A program made the position numbers and the translations under genes. From positions 248,001 to 312,000 of IMG/VR virus record IMGVR_UViG_3300021197_001489: DNA of 64,000 nt, one strand, 5' to 3'. The notes under the pieces were generated by a model, which was not told the origin of the DNA, searched no databases, and saw only the letters and a program-made list of their open reading frames with translations. Positions 1-9,706 of the stretch are shown here, piece by piece (the first letter of the stretch is position 1; every line of letters starts with the position of its first letter).

Positions 1-744
1 CGCAACGTGTACAGCGATCCAAGCAAAATTTTTGACACCATGATGGATATCAAAGAGATCAATGAATGTGGTGACGACATTACTGCATATTACGATGATT
101 TGATTGAATATAGCTCGTGGTATAATCTGCTAGGTGAAGGCAAGCACAAAGTAAATGGCAAGACCATTGAGATTGACTTGTACGAACTTAAGAAGAAACT
201 GTGGATGTGTATTGCAAGTGTAAACGTGCTTGAAGGTATACGCTTTTATGTCAGTTTTGCTTGCAGCTGGGCGTTTGCTGAACTTAAGAAGATGGAAGGC
301 AATGCTAAAATTATCAAGTTTATTGCCCGTGACGAAAACGTACACCTAGCTAGCACACAGCAACTTATGAAACTGTTGCCAAGCGATGATCCAGATTATG
401 CAAAAATTGCAAAAGAGACTGAAGCGGAATTGATCACAATGTTTGAAGATGCTGTTGAGCAAGAAAAACAGTGGGCAAACTATCTGTTCAAGGACGGATC
501 AATGATTGGACTTAATGCACAACTGCTCAAAGAATATGTTGAGTGGATTGCACACAAGCGCATGACAGCCGTTGGATTGCCTAGCAGTTACAAAGGTGGA
601 TCAAATCCTCTTCCGTGGACACAAAAATGGATTGCAGGCGGCGATGTACAAGTTGCTCCTCAAGAAACAGAAATTTCATCATATGTTGTTGGTGGTACCA
701 AGCAAGACGTAGACAGTGAAACATTTAAAGGATTCAGCCTATGA
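1..744 (+). CDS. nrdB: Ribonucleotide reductase class Ia beta subunit (5'-truncated by window edge)
   Basis: Diiron motifs VNVLEGIRFYVSFACS and IARDENVH; C-terminal VAPQETEISSY. The frame is open from base 1. Confidence 0.97.
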   Translation, partial: RNVYSDPSKIFDTMMDIKEINECGDDITAYYDDLIEYSSWYNLLGEGKHKVNGKTIEIDLYELKKKLWMCIASVNVLEGIRFYVSFACSWAFAELKKMEGNAKIIKFIARDENVHLASTQQLMKLLPSDDPDYAKIAKETEAELITMFEDAVEQEKQWANYLFKDGSMIGLNAQLLKEYVEWIAHKRMTAVGLPSSYKGGSNPLPWTQKWIAGGDVQVAPQETEISSYVVGGTKQDVDSETFKGFSL

Positions 745-1007
745 TGTCAGTGACAGTATACACCAAAGACTATTGTTCTTATTGTGAGGCAGCCAAACGT
801 TTGTTAAACAAATTGAATATAGCATTTGAAACAAAAAAAGTTGGTGTAGATGTCACTCGAGAGCAACTGCTAGAGGTTGCACCTAATGCAAGAACTGTAC
901 CGCAGATTGTTATTGGTGGTAAAGTGATTGGCGGATTTGATGAACTTCAAGAGTATATTGACGAAACAAATTTTAACGGAACTGGCTACGGTAACATTTC
1001 TTTTTAA
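741..1007 (+). CDS. grx: Glutaredoxin
   Basis: CSYC active site, RTVPQI and IGGFDEL motifs; overlaps the nrdB stop. Confidence 0.93.
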   Translation: MMSVTVYTKDYCSYCEAAKRLLNKLNIAFETKKVGVDVTREQLLEVAPNARTVPQIVIGGKVIGGFDELQEYIDETNFNGTGYGNISF

Positions 1008-1035
1008 CCACAGGTTGCTGTAGGTAACTACTAGC

Positions 1036-1335
1036 ATGACTTTAGAAAAACACAAAATTTACACACTTAAACTTTCTGACAGCACAGAAGTTGTTGCCAA
1101 AATTGTGAAAGCTGATGCATTCAGCGTTGATATTATCAGTCCAATGTCACTAGTTGCAACACAGCAAGGCTTGCAGATGCTCCCAAGCCTTATGAGTGGA
1201 GATCCCGACAAAAATGTCACCATAAATACAGCTAGTATTATGATGCATGTGGAAGCACACAAAGATATTGTTGCAACCTACATCCAAGCAACCACAGGTA
1301 TTGTAACACAACCGAAAACACTACTAAAGGGTTAA
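1036..1335 (+). CDS. Hypothetical protein, possible Sm-like fold
   Basis: 99-aa ORF; pattern TLKLSDSTEVVAKI followed by short beta strands. Confidence 0.5.
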   Translation: MTLEKHKIYTLKLSDSTEVVAKIVKADAFSVDIISPMSLVATQQGLQMLPSLMSGDPDKNVTINTASIMMHVEAHKDIVATYIQATTGIVTQPKTLLKG

Positions 1336-1337
1336 CA

Positions 1338-1628
1338 ATGCCGGGAGCGGTACGAATAGGTGATACAAACAGCGCAGGTGGGGCAGCATCAGGTAAAGGT
1401 GCCGCCAGTGTATTGATCAACGGCCGCGCTGCATGCATTAAAGGCACCAGTGTTACTCCACATCCTTGCTGCGGTGCTCCTGGTTGTAGTAAACATTGCA
1501 GTGCTAAAACAGTACGCGGCGCACGAAGTGTACTAGCCGAAGGTATTGAAATCAATTTTATTGGCAGCACAGATACTTGCGGACATGCACGAGCCACTGG
1601 TAGTCGTGACGTGATCATTCCAGGATAA
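1338..1628 (+). CDS. PAAR-domain tail spike tip protein
   Basis: GAVRIGD, SVLINGRAAC, PHPCC...H, SVLAEG, DTCGH: PAAR repeats with Zn ligands. Confidence 0.88.
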   Translation: MPGAVRIGDTNSAGGAASGKGAASVLINGRAACIKGTSVTPHPCCGAPGCSKHCSAKTVRGARSVLAEGIEINFIGSTDTCGHARATGSRDVIIPG

Positions 1629-1631
1629 ACT

Positions 1632-3752
1632 ATGGCAACTGGTACAATTACATCAATGATATTAACGGCTGGTGCTAGCATGATAGCCAACGGCAGTGAT
1701 GCTGATCTTGGTGGCAAACCTATTGCTTCAAACAGTGGTGCGCCATTGAGTGTAACTGACAGTGTTAACAGTGAAGTTGGAGCACCAACATTAAAAGTCA
1801 TGAATGACTCCACACTAGAGATACAAGCACTACAAAGTGTTCTGTACACAGTCACAGCCAAGATTACATCAAATCTCAGCACAGCACAAATCAATGAATT
1901 TAGCAGCATGGCAAGCGGATTAGGCGAAAATGTGTTCACTGCGCCATTTGATCTGTATTCAGGAAATGCCTATGCAATACTACACACTGCTGATACTATC
2001 GACAGTGTAATGACATTTGGTCGTACAGAAAGTGCTACTGTGTTAGGCGGTTCATCCACTGCAACAGAAATTGAAGGAGATGCCAAAAAGCTAGGCACAA
2101 TCTTTGGCAGCGCAGTGGCATTTGTTGAAACAAGCAATCAATTCATCAATGCTGCAAATAACAGCGCCAATCTATTTACGGGCGGTACGTTTCCTGGAAT
2201 GGACAGTGTTGTATCTGGATCACTCACAGGAGTTAGTTTAGCCAGCCAGCCACTGGGTGCAGATCTAACTGCACTAGGTGACATTATCAGTTGGCCAAAC
2301 ATTACCAATCTTGGATCCCCAGGGCAACTATTAAGCAACATGCTTGTCAATGGAACACTTGGGCCAATGTATGCTAAATTAAAAACACTGACAGTAAATT
2401 CTCGTATTGCTGCTGTGCTAGGTGCCGACACCAGCACTATTGCCAATTTAACCAATCCAACCCCGACACTTAACGAGCTGGGCATTGACCTAAATCGCGT
2501 AGCAGAAATTGGCGCAAACTTGCCGCGTAGTGTACAACAACAAATTTACAATCTCTTTGTCAGTCTCGATACCACTGAGCTTGCACAAGTAAAAAGCATA
2601 CTGAAATGTACACAAACATACATTGTTACTGGTGCCGACCTGTTTGATCTAACAAAACAATTTCCTACCAGTTACATGACACTTACTGCACCGTCAAGTG
2701 CAAGCGGTATTAGCAACCGTGCTATCTATATAAACACATCTGGCAGTGTAAATGGATTATTTGACAGTCTAGGTTCAAGGTTAGCAAATATACTGCCCAG
2801 TGACTTTGCTGTTGCAAATGGCGCATTGGCTAGGAGTTTTGGGCAAATCAAAAATGTTGAAAACACCAATCTTAATACTTTCTCGACTGCAACAAACGCA
2901 TCTGAAACCATGAAAGACTTGCCACTTATACAAAATTTAACAACCTACATGCCTACAGGTGTTGTAAAATATTGGACCGACTACTACGGATTAACCAGCA
3001 ACATTGACCTTGCCACAGGGCCAAAAGGCAACTTTACACTTGCTGATTGCATCGGATATGCAGCAGGATTTAACAGTGCATTACCACTGAAACAAAACGC
3101 TAGATTACTAGCACAAATGAACACTGCTGGAGAACTGGATGTATTCTACAATGATGCCGGCAGTAGCAGTGCCACCACTGGTGTATTAAAGGTAATAGAG
3201 TACTTGCTGGATGGTGCATACGATCCATCGCCACCAGCAGTGTCGCCTTATGTAATACCAGGCGGTGTATACGGGGCTGGCTCGTATGCAACATTAGCCC
3301 TTGCTTACACAGCCCTTATTACAGCAGCCAAAAATCTGATGCAAAGTCAGTGGACAGCAAACACAACCGCGCAGAGTGTGCAAGCAAACTTCCAACGTAT
3401 CCAAGATCAACAAGCACGAGAGAAATTGAATCGTGTGAAAATGGATTTAGTGCTTGCTGATGTTCAAAGCCAAGACAGCAATGCAACCAGTTTAGCTTCA
3501 AGCCTTGCCAGTTATGCTCTTGAAGCAACTGACGGCGGCCCTAGTGAGTTTCTCGAACGCATTGCAAATTTTGATACGCTTGGTGGACAAGCAATGATTG
3601 CAGCAATGCGTGAAGCTAGAAACATCAGTGTGCTCGGTGCCGCCAATATTGAACAAGATGGTATACTTGACACTGCTCCTCCTGCTAATCCAGGCAGTTT
3701 TTTAAGTTCACAGTACACAGCCGCAGGTGCAGAAGCAATTATTGTAAAGTAA
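1632..3752 (+). CDS. Large hypothetical protein, probably virion/baseplate
   Basis: 706-aa Ala/Ser/Thr/Gly-rich ORF directly after the PAAR gene. Confidence 0.5.
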   Translation: MATGTITSMILTAGASMIANGSDADLGGKPIASNSGAPLSVTDSVNSEVGAPTLKVMNDSTLEIQALQSVLYTVTAKITSNLSTAQINEFSSMASGLGENVFTAPFDLYSGNAYAILHTADTIDSVMTFGRTESATVLGGSSTATEIEGDAKKLGTIFGSAVAFVETSNQFINAANNSANLFTGGTFPGMDSVVSGSLTGVSLASQPLGADLTALGDIISWPNITNLGSPGQLLSNMLVNGTLGPMYAKLKTLTVNSRIAAVLGADTSTIANLTNPTPTLNELGIDLNRVAEIGANLPRSVQQQIYNLFVSLDTTELAQVKSILKCTQTYIVTGADLFDLTKQFPTSYMTLTAPSSASGISNRAIYINTSGSVNGLFDSLGSRLANILPSDFAVANGALARSFGQIKNVENTNLNTFSTATNASETMKDLPLIQNLTTYMPTGVVKYWTDYYGLTSNIDLATGPKGNFTLADCIGYAAGFNSALPLKQNARLLAQMNTAGELDVFYNDAGSSSATTGVLKVIEYLLDGAYDPSPPAVSPYVIPGGVYGAGSYATLALAYTALITAAKNLMQSQWTANTTAQSVQANFQRIQDQQAREKLNRVKMDLVLADVQSQDSNATSLASSLASYALEATDGGPSEFLERIANFDTLGGQAMIAAMREARNISVLGAANIEQDGILDTAPPANPGSFLSSQYTAAGAEAIIVK

Positions 3753-3753
3753 A

Positions 3754-4302
3754 ATGTTTTTCTATGACAATGGTGAAATTTGTGTAACAGCTTTTAGTAG
3801 ATGTGGCCATACCAGTATGTATGAACACTTTGGGCTTCCTGTTTATTCTATTAATGGCAAAATTTCTGACTTTGCAAATTCTAAAACCAAAAAAAAAGTT
3901 TTGGTTGTAAGAAATCCCTACGATAGATTATTGTCGGCTGTCAATAATTCTAAAACACTTAAAGAAAATAATGTGTCATCTGATGATTACACACAATGGA
4001 CTATAGATCATTCAATCCCGCTTTTACAGGATCAAAGACTGCTTAACCTAGACTTTAAAATTATTGACTTTTACAAATTAAACAAGTACATTGGCTTTTC
4101 TAAAGTAACAGTAGTTACTAACTCAGTTAAGCCAGGGGCCTGGCTATGTAGTAAATCCATCTACGACGACTACATGATGCTTTATCATAGTCAAGAAGAA
4201 ATGGAAAGAGAATATCAGGCCTATCGAAGTATCATGATATCACACGACGAGATATCAGTTCCAGAATGGAAATTAATGGTTGACTTTTTGGATAAAAAGT
4301 AG
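3754..4302 (+). CDS. Sulfotransferase-family-like protein
   Basis: RCGHTSM (5'-PSB-like) and VRNPYDRLLSA (3'-PB-like) motifs. Confidence 0.6.
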   Translation: MFFYDNGEICVTAFSRCGHTSMYEHFGLPVYSINGKISDFANSKTKKKVLVVRNPYDRLLSAVNNSKTLKENNVSSDDYTQWTIDHSIPLLQDQRLLNLDFKIIDFYKLNKYIGFSKVTVVTNSVKPGAWLCSKSIYDDYMMLYHSQEEMEREYQAYRSIMISHDEISVPEWKLMVDFLDKK

Positions 4303-4348
4303 TATTATAGTAGTATGATTTGTTTTTATAACAACCCTCAGGTGGACC

Positions 4349-5740
4349 ATGATCAAATTCAACAAAGATGCGTTCAAAGCCGACGGCAGCGTAGTTGCAG
4401 CAGCAAAGTACAATGGATTACAGGTGGCCAGTGATTGGATCCGCGATCTTGAAGATGACAACAGTAGATTACACAAAGAAGGTGTAATTGAAAAAGCTCT
4501 CATAGCGGCCAGACTAGGTAGTTCTAGTGCTGAATGTTTTCTCTACAATTGTTATCTTGCATACAATCCCTATTTTACCTATAATGTAAAGCAGGTTCCG
4601 GAAACGGAAGGCCTAGAGCATAGAGAAAATCCTTGGGTACAGTTTTGGGGATTGTGTGAAAGTTTGCGCACACGCACACTGACAGGACATAAAGCCCGCG
4701 ACACTATTAAAATTATCAGCGAACGCTTTGACAGTGAGCAGTGGAACATGCTGGCACGTCGTGTGCTTATTAAAGATTTACGCTGTGGCATCACTGCAAA
4801 AACACTTAACAAAATATTGGGCAACAGCGAATGGAAGATTCCTGTATTTGAAGTACAGCTAGCGACAGACAGCAAAGGTCATCCTAAGAAGATGACTGGC
4901 TTGTGCAGGCTTGAGCCCAAGTTGGATGGCGTACGAACTATTGCTGTTGGATATCGCAATGGCACTGTGATGCTGTACAGTCGCAACGGTAAAGAGTTCT
5001 CTAACTTCCCTCATATTGCGGAGCAAGTGAGAGCATTGGTGCAAAAACACAACTTACGCTATGACTTGGTGCTGGATGGCGAAATTGTTGGCGACAGTTT
5101 CCAACAGTTGATGAAACATGCACACAGAAAAGATCATGTAGAAAACACTGCGGATTATCATGTTTTTGACATTATGCGCCTTCAAGAGTTAAAAGAAGGA
5201 CATTGCAATCGCAATCAACACAATCGTTTGCAAGCACTTGAAGCACTAGTTTCAATGAGCGGCTTACCAAACATACATCTAACAGATGGCTTTACTGTTG
5301 ATCTTTCTGATGATAATGGCCATAAAACAATGACAGAGTATGCTGAAAAATGTGTCGCTGAAGGTTATGAAGGCATTATGATTAAACGCCTGGACGCTCC
5401 GTATGAATGTAAACGTAGCACATTCTGGATGAAATGGAAACCAGTTATAACAGTAGACTTGGAGGTAATAGATATTGAAGAAGGCACAGGAAGAAACGAA
5501 GGGCGTCTTGGTGCGTTGGTATGCGAAGGTATTGATGATGGTCGTACTATACGGGTTAATGTTGGAAGCGGTTTGTCTGACAGTGATCGTGATAGTTATT
5601 GGGCTCGGCGCAATGATCTAAAAGGCTACATTGTAGAAATCAAAGCAGATGCTGTTACACAAAATCAAGACGGCACATACAGTTTGCGTTTCCCACGATT
5701 TGAAAGATTCAGAGGCTTTGAACCTGGCGAGAAACTGTAA
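4349..5740 (+). CDS. lig: ATP-dependent DNA ligase
   Basis: Motifs EPKLDG (adenylated Lys), LDGEI, HVFD, EGIMIK, KWK; C-terminal OB fold with VGSG and LRFPRF. Confidence 0.96.
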   Translation: MIKFNKDAFKADGSVVAAAKYNGLQVASDWIRDLEDDNSRLHKEGVIEKALIAARLGSSSAECFLYNCYLAYNPYFTYNVKQVPETEGLEHRENPWVQFWGLCESLRTRTLTGHKARDTIKIISERFDSEQWNMLARRVLIKDLRCGITAKTLNKILGNSEWKIPVFEVQLATDSKGHPKKMTGLCRLEPKLDGVRTIAVGYRNGTVMLYSRNGKEFSNFPHIAEQVRALVQKHNLRYDLVLDGEIVGDSFQQLMKHAHRKDHVENTADYHVFDIMRLQELKEGHCNRNQHNRLQALEALVSMSGLPNIHLTDGFTVDLSDDNGHKTMTEYAEKCVAEGYEGIMIKRLDAPYECKRSTFWMKWKPVITVDLEVIDIEEGTGRNEGRLGALVCEGIDDGRTIRVNVGSGLSDSDRDSYWARRNDLKGYIVEIKADAVTQNQDGTYSLRFPRFERFRGFEPGEKL

Positions 5741-5973
5741 TGCATAAAATTTGGTTCGACGTATACGATCGAAATCAATGGTACAACATTATTCGTGAAT
5801 GCAAAAAATGGTTTGGCAAAGAATGGCGCGGGCAACGCGGCGTTCGGCGTAAATTGGATATGTTTCATACATTTCATCGTCCTGTTCGCATCTGGTTTTT
5901 AGTACCAGATCCGGCGTTTAAAACCTGGGTAGACTTAAAATATACGCAGTCGGACCAGAAGCAAAATAAGTAA
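5740..5973 (+). CDS. Hypothetical protein
   Basis: 77-aa ORF coupled to the ligase stop (TAATG). Confidence 0.55.
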   Translation: MHKIWFDVYDRNQWYNIIRECKKWFGKEWRGQRGVRRKLDMFHTFHRPVRIWFLVPDPAFKTWVDLKYTQSDQKQNK

Positions 5974-5980
5974 ATACATT

Positions 5981-8227
5981 ATGTTCTTAGCTTTATTAAT
6001 ATTAATTGTAGCACTTAGCCTTTCAGGCATTGCTGCCTATTATAGTATAATTGGTTTGGCTGCAATCTTTGCGGCAGCAGTCATTCCAATTATAATTATG
6101 GGCGGCATACTGGAGATTGCTAAACTAACAGTGACAGTGTGGTTGCATCAACATTGGAACCGTGCAAAGTTTTTAATGAAAGCATACTTGGTGTCTGCTG
6201 TGGCTGTGCTGATGTTTATCACATCAATGGGAATCTTTGGGTTTCTCAGTAAAAGTCATATCGAACAAACTAGTGCAGGTACAGAACAAATTGTACAAGC
6301 AGAAGTAATTGAAAATAAGATTTTAAGAGCGCAAGCAAAGCAACAGCGTTGGACTGATGAAATCGCAAGACTGCAAGCCGGTGAGACTAGTGGCAGAGTT
6401 GATGCTTTAATTGCACGTGAGCGCGAGCGTATCAAGGATGCAAGAGCAAGTCTGGCACCGCAGATTGATGCAGAAAATGCAAAGGTTCCTGGACTTAGAA
6501 CACAAGCAGAAAAAGAAGTAGCGCAGCAGAACAAACGTTTGTCAGATGCACAGAGTCGCAGTGCTGAGGCTATAAAAGTTGCACAAGCAGAACTTGATAG
6601 ACTGGACGCAGATGTAAAAGCATACACCAGACAAGGGCAAGCAAAAACAGGCGCATTTGGCGGCACAACAGACATGGTTGCCAAAGGCAATGAATTACGC
6701 AAACAACAGCGACGCCAACGTGGTAAGCTACAAGGTGATATTGACAAAGCAAAAAGTGCAGAAGTTAGTGTTGCTAGTGCAGTACAACGTGAAATAACAA
6801 AGATTAACAATCGGCTTGCAGATCAAATAAAAGAAGTAGAAGCTCGTATTGCAGATATACGCAAAACTGTAGAGCCTACCATTGCAAGTGCAAATGAAAA
6901 TATTGCAAAGTATACTACACAAGCAGGCAGTTCAAACAAGGACATTGATGTACGCATTGATGAACTAGAGAATCAAATAGATGCATTACAGCCAACTATA
7001 GATACACTGCGTGAAGATAAGTTTGTGTATGAAAAACAATATAGACAGTTTGAAGCTGAAGTAGGACCGATTAAATACATTGCTGAACTTGTGTACGGTG
7101 CCGACCCTGATCAAAACTTGCTAGAAGAAGCAGTACGTTGGGTTATTATTTTAATTGTTGCAGTTTTTGATCCACTAGCAATCATGATGCTACTTGCTGC
7201 TACTGAAACGTTTGGCTGGCGCCGCAAAGACAAGGAGAGTATTGTTGATAACACGAAAACTGAGAGCGTATTGCCGCCTGCGCCGGTTGAGGAAGCACCG
7301 TCAGGCGACCAGCAAACAGAAGAATCACCAGATGCAGCAACTGACCAATCTGGACCAGAGATTGAAGAAACTGGAGAAGCAGATAGCGCAGATAATCAGA
7401 ACTCTGCGAGGGTAAAAGTACATGTCGAGCATATTGTATTACCTGCTGCAGAAGATACACCCTCTGAATCAATTATAAAAGTTCCAGACGAGCCACTCTT
7501 TCCAGAACACGGAACGCCTGAAGCAAAAGCCTTTAGCGATGATATTGTTGCAGCCGCAATGGCCAAACAGTTTGGTACCAAGGCTGACGAAACAAAGAAG
7601 ATTGAAGAAGAAGTTCAGGATCAAATAATCCTTGAATTTATGCAGCCAGCAGAGGAGCTAGACAATGCCAGCGCGGATTCAGAAGTCACTACAGCAGAGC
7701 AAGAAGAGATCACAGACCTGGGAGAACCCGGACAAACAGAACCCACAGTTGAGGAAGAAACAATTACAGATACTGAGCTTTTTGCTTGGAAAGACGAAGA
7801 TGAAGGCGATCCAGAAAAAAGAGCAAAGCGAATTTGGAAACGACTGAATCCTCAAAGCACACTTAAAGAAGAAGAATACAAATTTTCTCACAAAGTAATT
7901 CCTGAAGTTCCGTGGACTCAGTATATGCGAGCAGACGATTCCGACCTAGACCAGTACACCCGTGCTGACTTTGGAACAAGGTTCCCTACACGTCCGATCA
8001 AAGGTGATACGTTTGTCAGGGTTGATTTTTTGCCAAGTAAACTTTACAAATGGAACGGCAAAAAATGGATTGAAATTGACAAAGAAAACACTGATGCATT
8101 TACCTATAACGAAGAATATATAGCACACCTCATTGAGAAACTTGGTTCTGGTGAATATGACCCTGATCTTTTAAATGATGCAGAACGAGCCCAAATCGAA
8201 CAACAACTTAAAAACCAGGAGCTGTAA
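5981..8227 (+). CDS. Membrane-anchored long coiled-coil protein with acidic C-terminal region
   Basis: Three N-terminal hydrophobic helices, ~270-aa coiled coil, another TM segment ([23 protein letters not shown]), E/D-rich linker, KWNGKKW domain. Confidence 0.7.
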   Translation: MFLALLILIVALSLSGIAAYYSIIGLAAIFAAAVIPIIIMGGILEIAKLTVTVWLHQHWNRAKFLMKAYLVSAVAVLMFITSMGIFGFLSKSHIEQTSAGTEQIVQAEVIENKILRAQAKQQRWTDEIARLQAGETSGRVDALIARERERIKDARASLAPQIDAENAKVPGLRTQAEKEVAQQNKRLSDAQSRSAEAIKVAQAELDRLDADVKAYTRQGQAKTGAFGGTTDMVAKGNELRKQQRRQRGKLQGDIDKAKSAEVSVASAVQREITKINNRLADQIKEVEARIADIRKTVEPTIASANENIAKYTTQAGSSNKDIDVRIDELENQIDALQPTIDTLREDKFVYEKQYRQFEAEVGPIKYIAELVYGADPDQNLLEEAVRWVIILIVAVFDPLAIMMLLAATETFGWRRKDKESIVDNTKTESVLPPAPVEEAPSGDQQTEESPDAATDQSGPEIEETGEADSADNQNSARVKVHVEHIVLPAAEDTPSESIIKVPDEPLFPEHGTPEAKAFSDDIVAAAMAKQFGTKADETKKIEEEVQDQIILEFMQPAEELDNASADSEVTTAEQEEITDLGEPGQTEPTVEEETITDTELFAWKDEDEGDPEKRAKRIWKRLNPQSTLKEEEYKFSHKVIPEVPWTQYMRADDSDLDQYTRADFGTRFPTRPIKGDTFVRVDFLPSKLYKWNGKKWIEIDKENTDAFTYNEEYIAHLIEKLGSGEYDPDLLNDAERAQIEQQLKNQEL

Positions 8228-9435
8228 TGAGTGATGATCTCAGCAATCAATACGAAAATTGCAATTTTTGTAATAAAAGCAAGAACGACGTCAAAAAGCT
8301 CATTGTTGGGGACAATGTAGCTATTTGTAACGAATGTGTGGATTTATGCGGAGAACTGCTTATTCAGCTAACCAACTCTACAATAAATCCTAAAGAAGAC
8401 AACGACATAAACCCTAGCGAACTCAAGGATTTTCTAGACAAATACGTGGTAGGCCAAGAAAATGCAAAAATTACACTTTCAGTGGCCGTAGCAAATCATT
8501 ACAAAAGAATCAACAACACCAATCCAGACATTGAACTTGACAAAGCTAACGTGTTATTGTTAGGACCAACTGGCTGTGGTAAAACACTGTTGGCAAAAAC
8601 TGTAGCACGTTATCTTGATGTGCCATTCACTGTTGCTGATGCGACATCAATCACGGAAGCAGGATATGTTGGTGACGATGTTGAAACATTGATTTCACGA
8701 TTGTTAGGCAGCGCCAATGGTGATGTTGAACGCTGTGAAAAAGGAATTATCTTTCTCGATGAGGTAGATAAAATTGCTCGCAAAAGTGAAAATACTTCAA
8801 TTACTCGTGATGTAAGTGGAGAAGGTGTACAACAAGCATTGCTTAAAATGGTTGAAGGTACTGTGTGTCGTGTACCGGTTGCTGGTGCAAATCGCAAGAA
8901 TCCACAATCAGAAATGATTGAAGTTGATACCAAAAATATATTGTTTATTGCAGGCGGTGCATTTGTCGGTATCAATGATGTTATCAAACGCAGAGCAGAA
9001 GGATCAGGCATTGGATTTGGTGTTGATGTAAAAACAAATAAAGCTGCTGATCTCAAAGATCTTGAACCTGATGATCTAGTCAAGTATGGCATGATTCCTG
9101 AATTTGTAGGACGCTTCCCAACATGGGTAGGCTTAACTGAATTAACAGTAGACCAGTTGATTTTTGTGTTAACTGAGATTCGCAATAGTTTAGTAGCACA
9201 GTACACCTATTTGTTTAAGACAGACGGTGTTGCACTGACGTTTAGTGATGCGGCACTGCAAGAAATTGCAAGTACTGCAAGCAAACGGAAAACTGGTGCA
9301 AGAAGTTTACAAGCAGAGCTTGAGCGTATACTGATGCCGCATATGTTTAGCCTAAAAGAATATGCAAAAAGCAAGATAACTGAAGTCAAAATCACCCCCG
9401 AACTAGTAAAAACTCCACAAAAATTAGCTGCCTAA
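8227..9435 (+). CDS. clpX: ATP-dependent Clp protease ATP-binding subunit ClpX
   Basis: C4 zinc domain (CNFC...CNEC), Walker [13 protein letters not shown] pore loop, [18 protein letters not shown] loop. Confidence 0.97.
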   Translation: MSDDLSNQYENCNFCNKSKNDVKKLIVGDNVAICNECVDLCGELLIQLTNSTINPKEDNDINPSELKDFLDKYVVGQENAKITLSVAVANHYKRINNTNPDIELDKANVLLLGPTGCGKTLLAKTVARYLDVPFTVADATSITEAGYVGDDVETLISRLLGSANGDVERCEKGIIFLDEVDKIARKSENTSITRDVSGEGVQQALLKMVEGTVCRVPVAGANRKNPQSEMIEVDTKNILFIAGGAFVGINDVIKRRAEGSGIGFGVDVKTNKAADLKDLEPDDLVKYGMIPEFVGRFPTWVGLTELTVDQLIFVLTEIRNSLVAQYTYLFKTDGVALTFSDAALQEIASTASKRKTGARSLQAELERILMPHMFSLKEYAKSKITEVKITPELVKTPQKLAA

Positions 9436-9446
9436 ATAAAGAAAAA

Positions 9447-9492
9447 GGTTGACCTTTCTGTTTAATCTGTTATAATGTATATAACAGTTAGG
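9447..9492 (+). promoter_or_regulatory. sigma70-type early promoter (member of a repeated family)
   Basis: ggTTGACC-17 bp-TATAAT followed by gtatataacagttag. Confidence 0.75.
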
Positions 9493-9493
9493 A

Positions 9494-9706
9494 ATGAGTC
9501 ATATGATGCCAGTACATTTTATAGGTGTAGCACAAGATCAGTTTGTTAGCGCAGTTCGCGTATTTGGCGAGCCTGATTTTGTACACAAATGGCATGATTA
9601 TCGCAGTCATGGAGACATAGACTGGGACAGTGATACAGTTGTTCTAGGCGACAAAGGTCGCACAACCCCTTGCAAATGGAGCTGGCAAGATCATGAACTA
9701 TACTAA
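9494..9706 (+). CDS. Hypothetical protein
   Basis: 70-aa ORF directly behind the early promoter. Confidence 0.55.
   Translation: MSHMMPVHFIGVAQDQFVSAVRVFGEPDFVHKWHDYRSHGDIDWDSDTVVLGDKGRTTPCKWSWQDHELY

Noticed and set aside
8610-9206. 198-aa minus-strand ORF inside clpX, and similar antisense ORFs throughout the track
   Set aside because: Fully nested opposite well-supported genes; attributable to codon bias.
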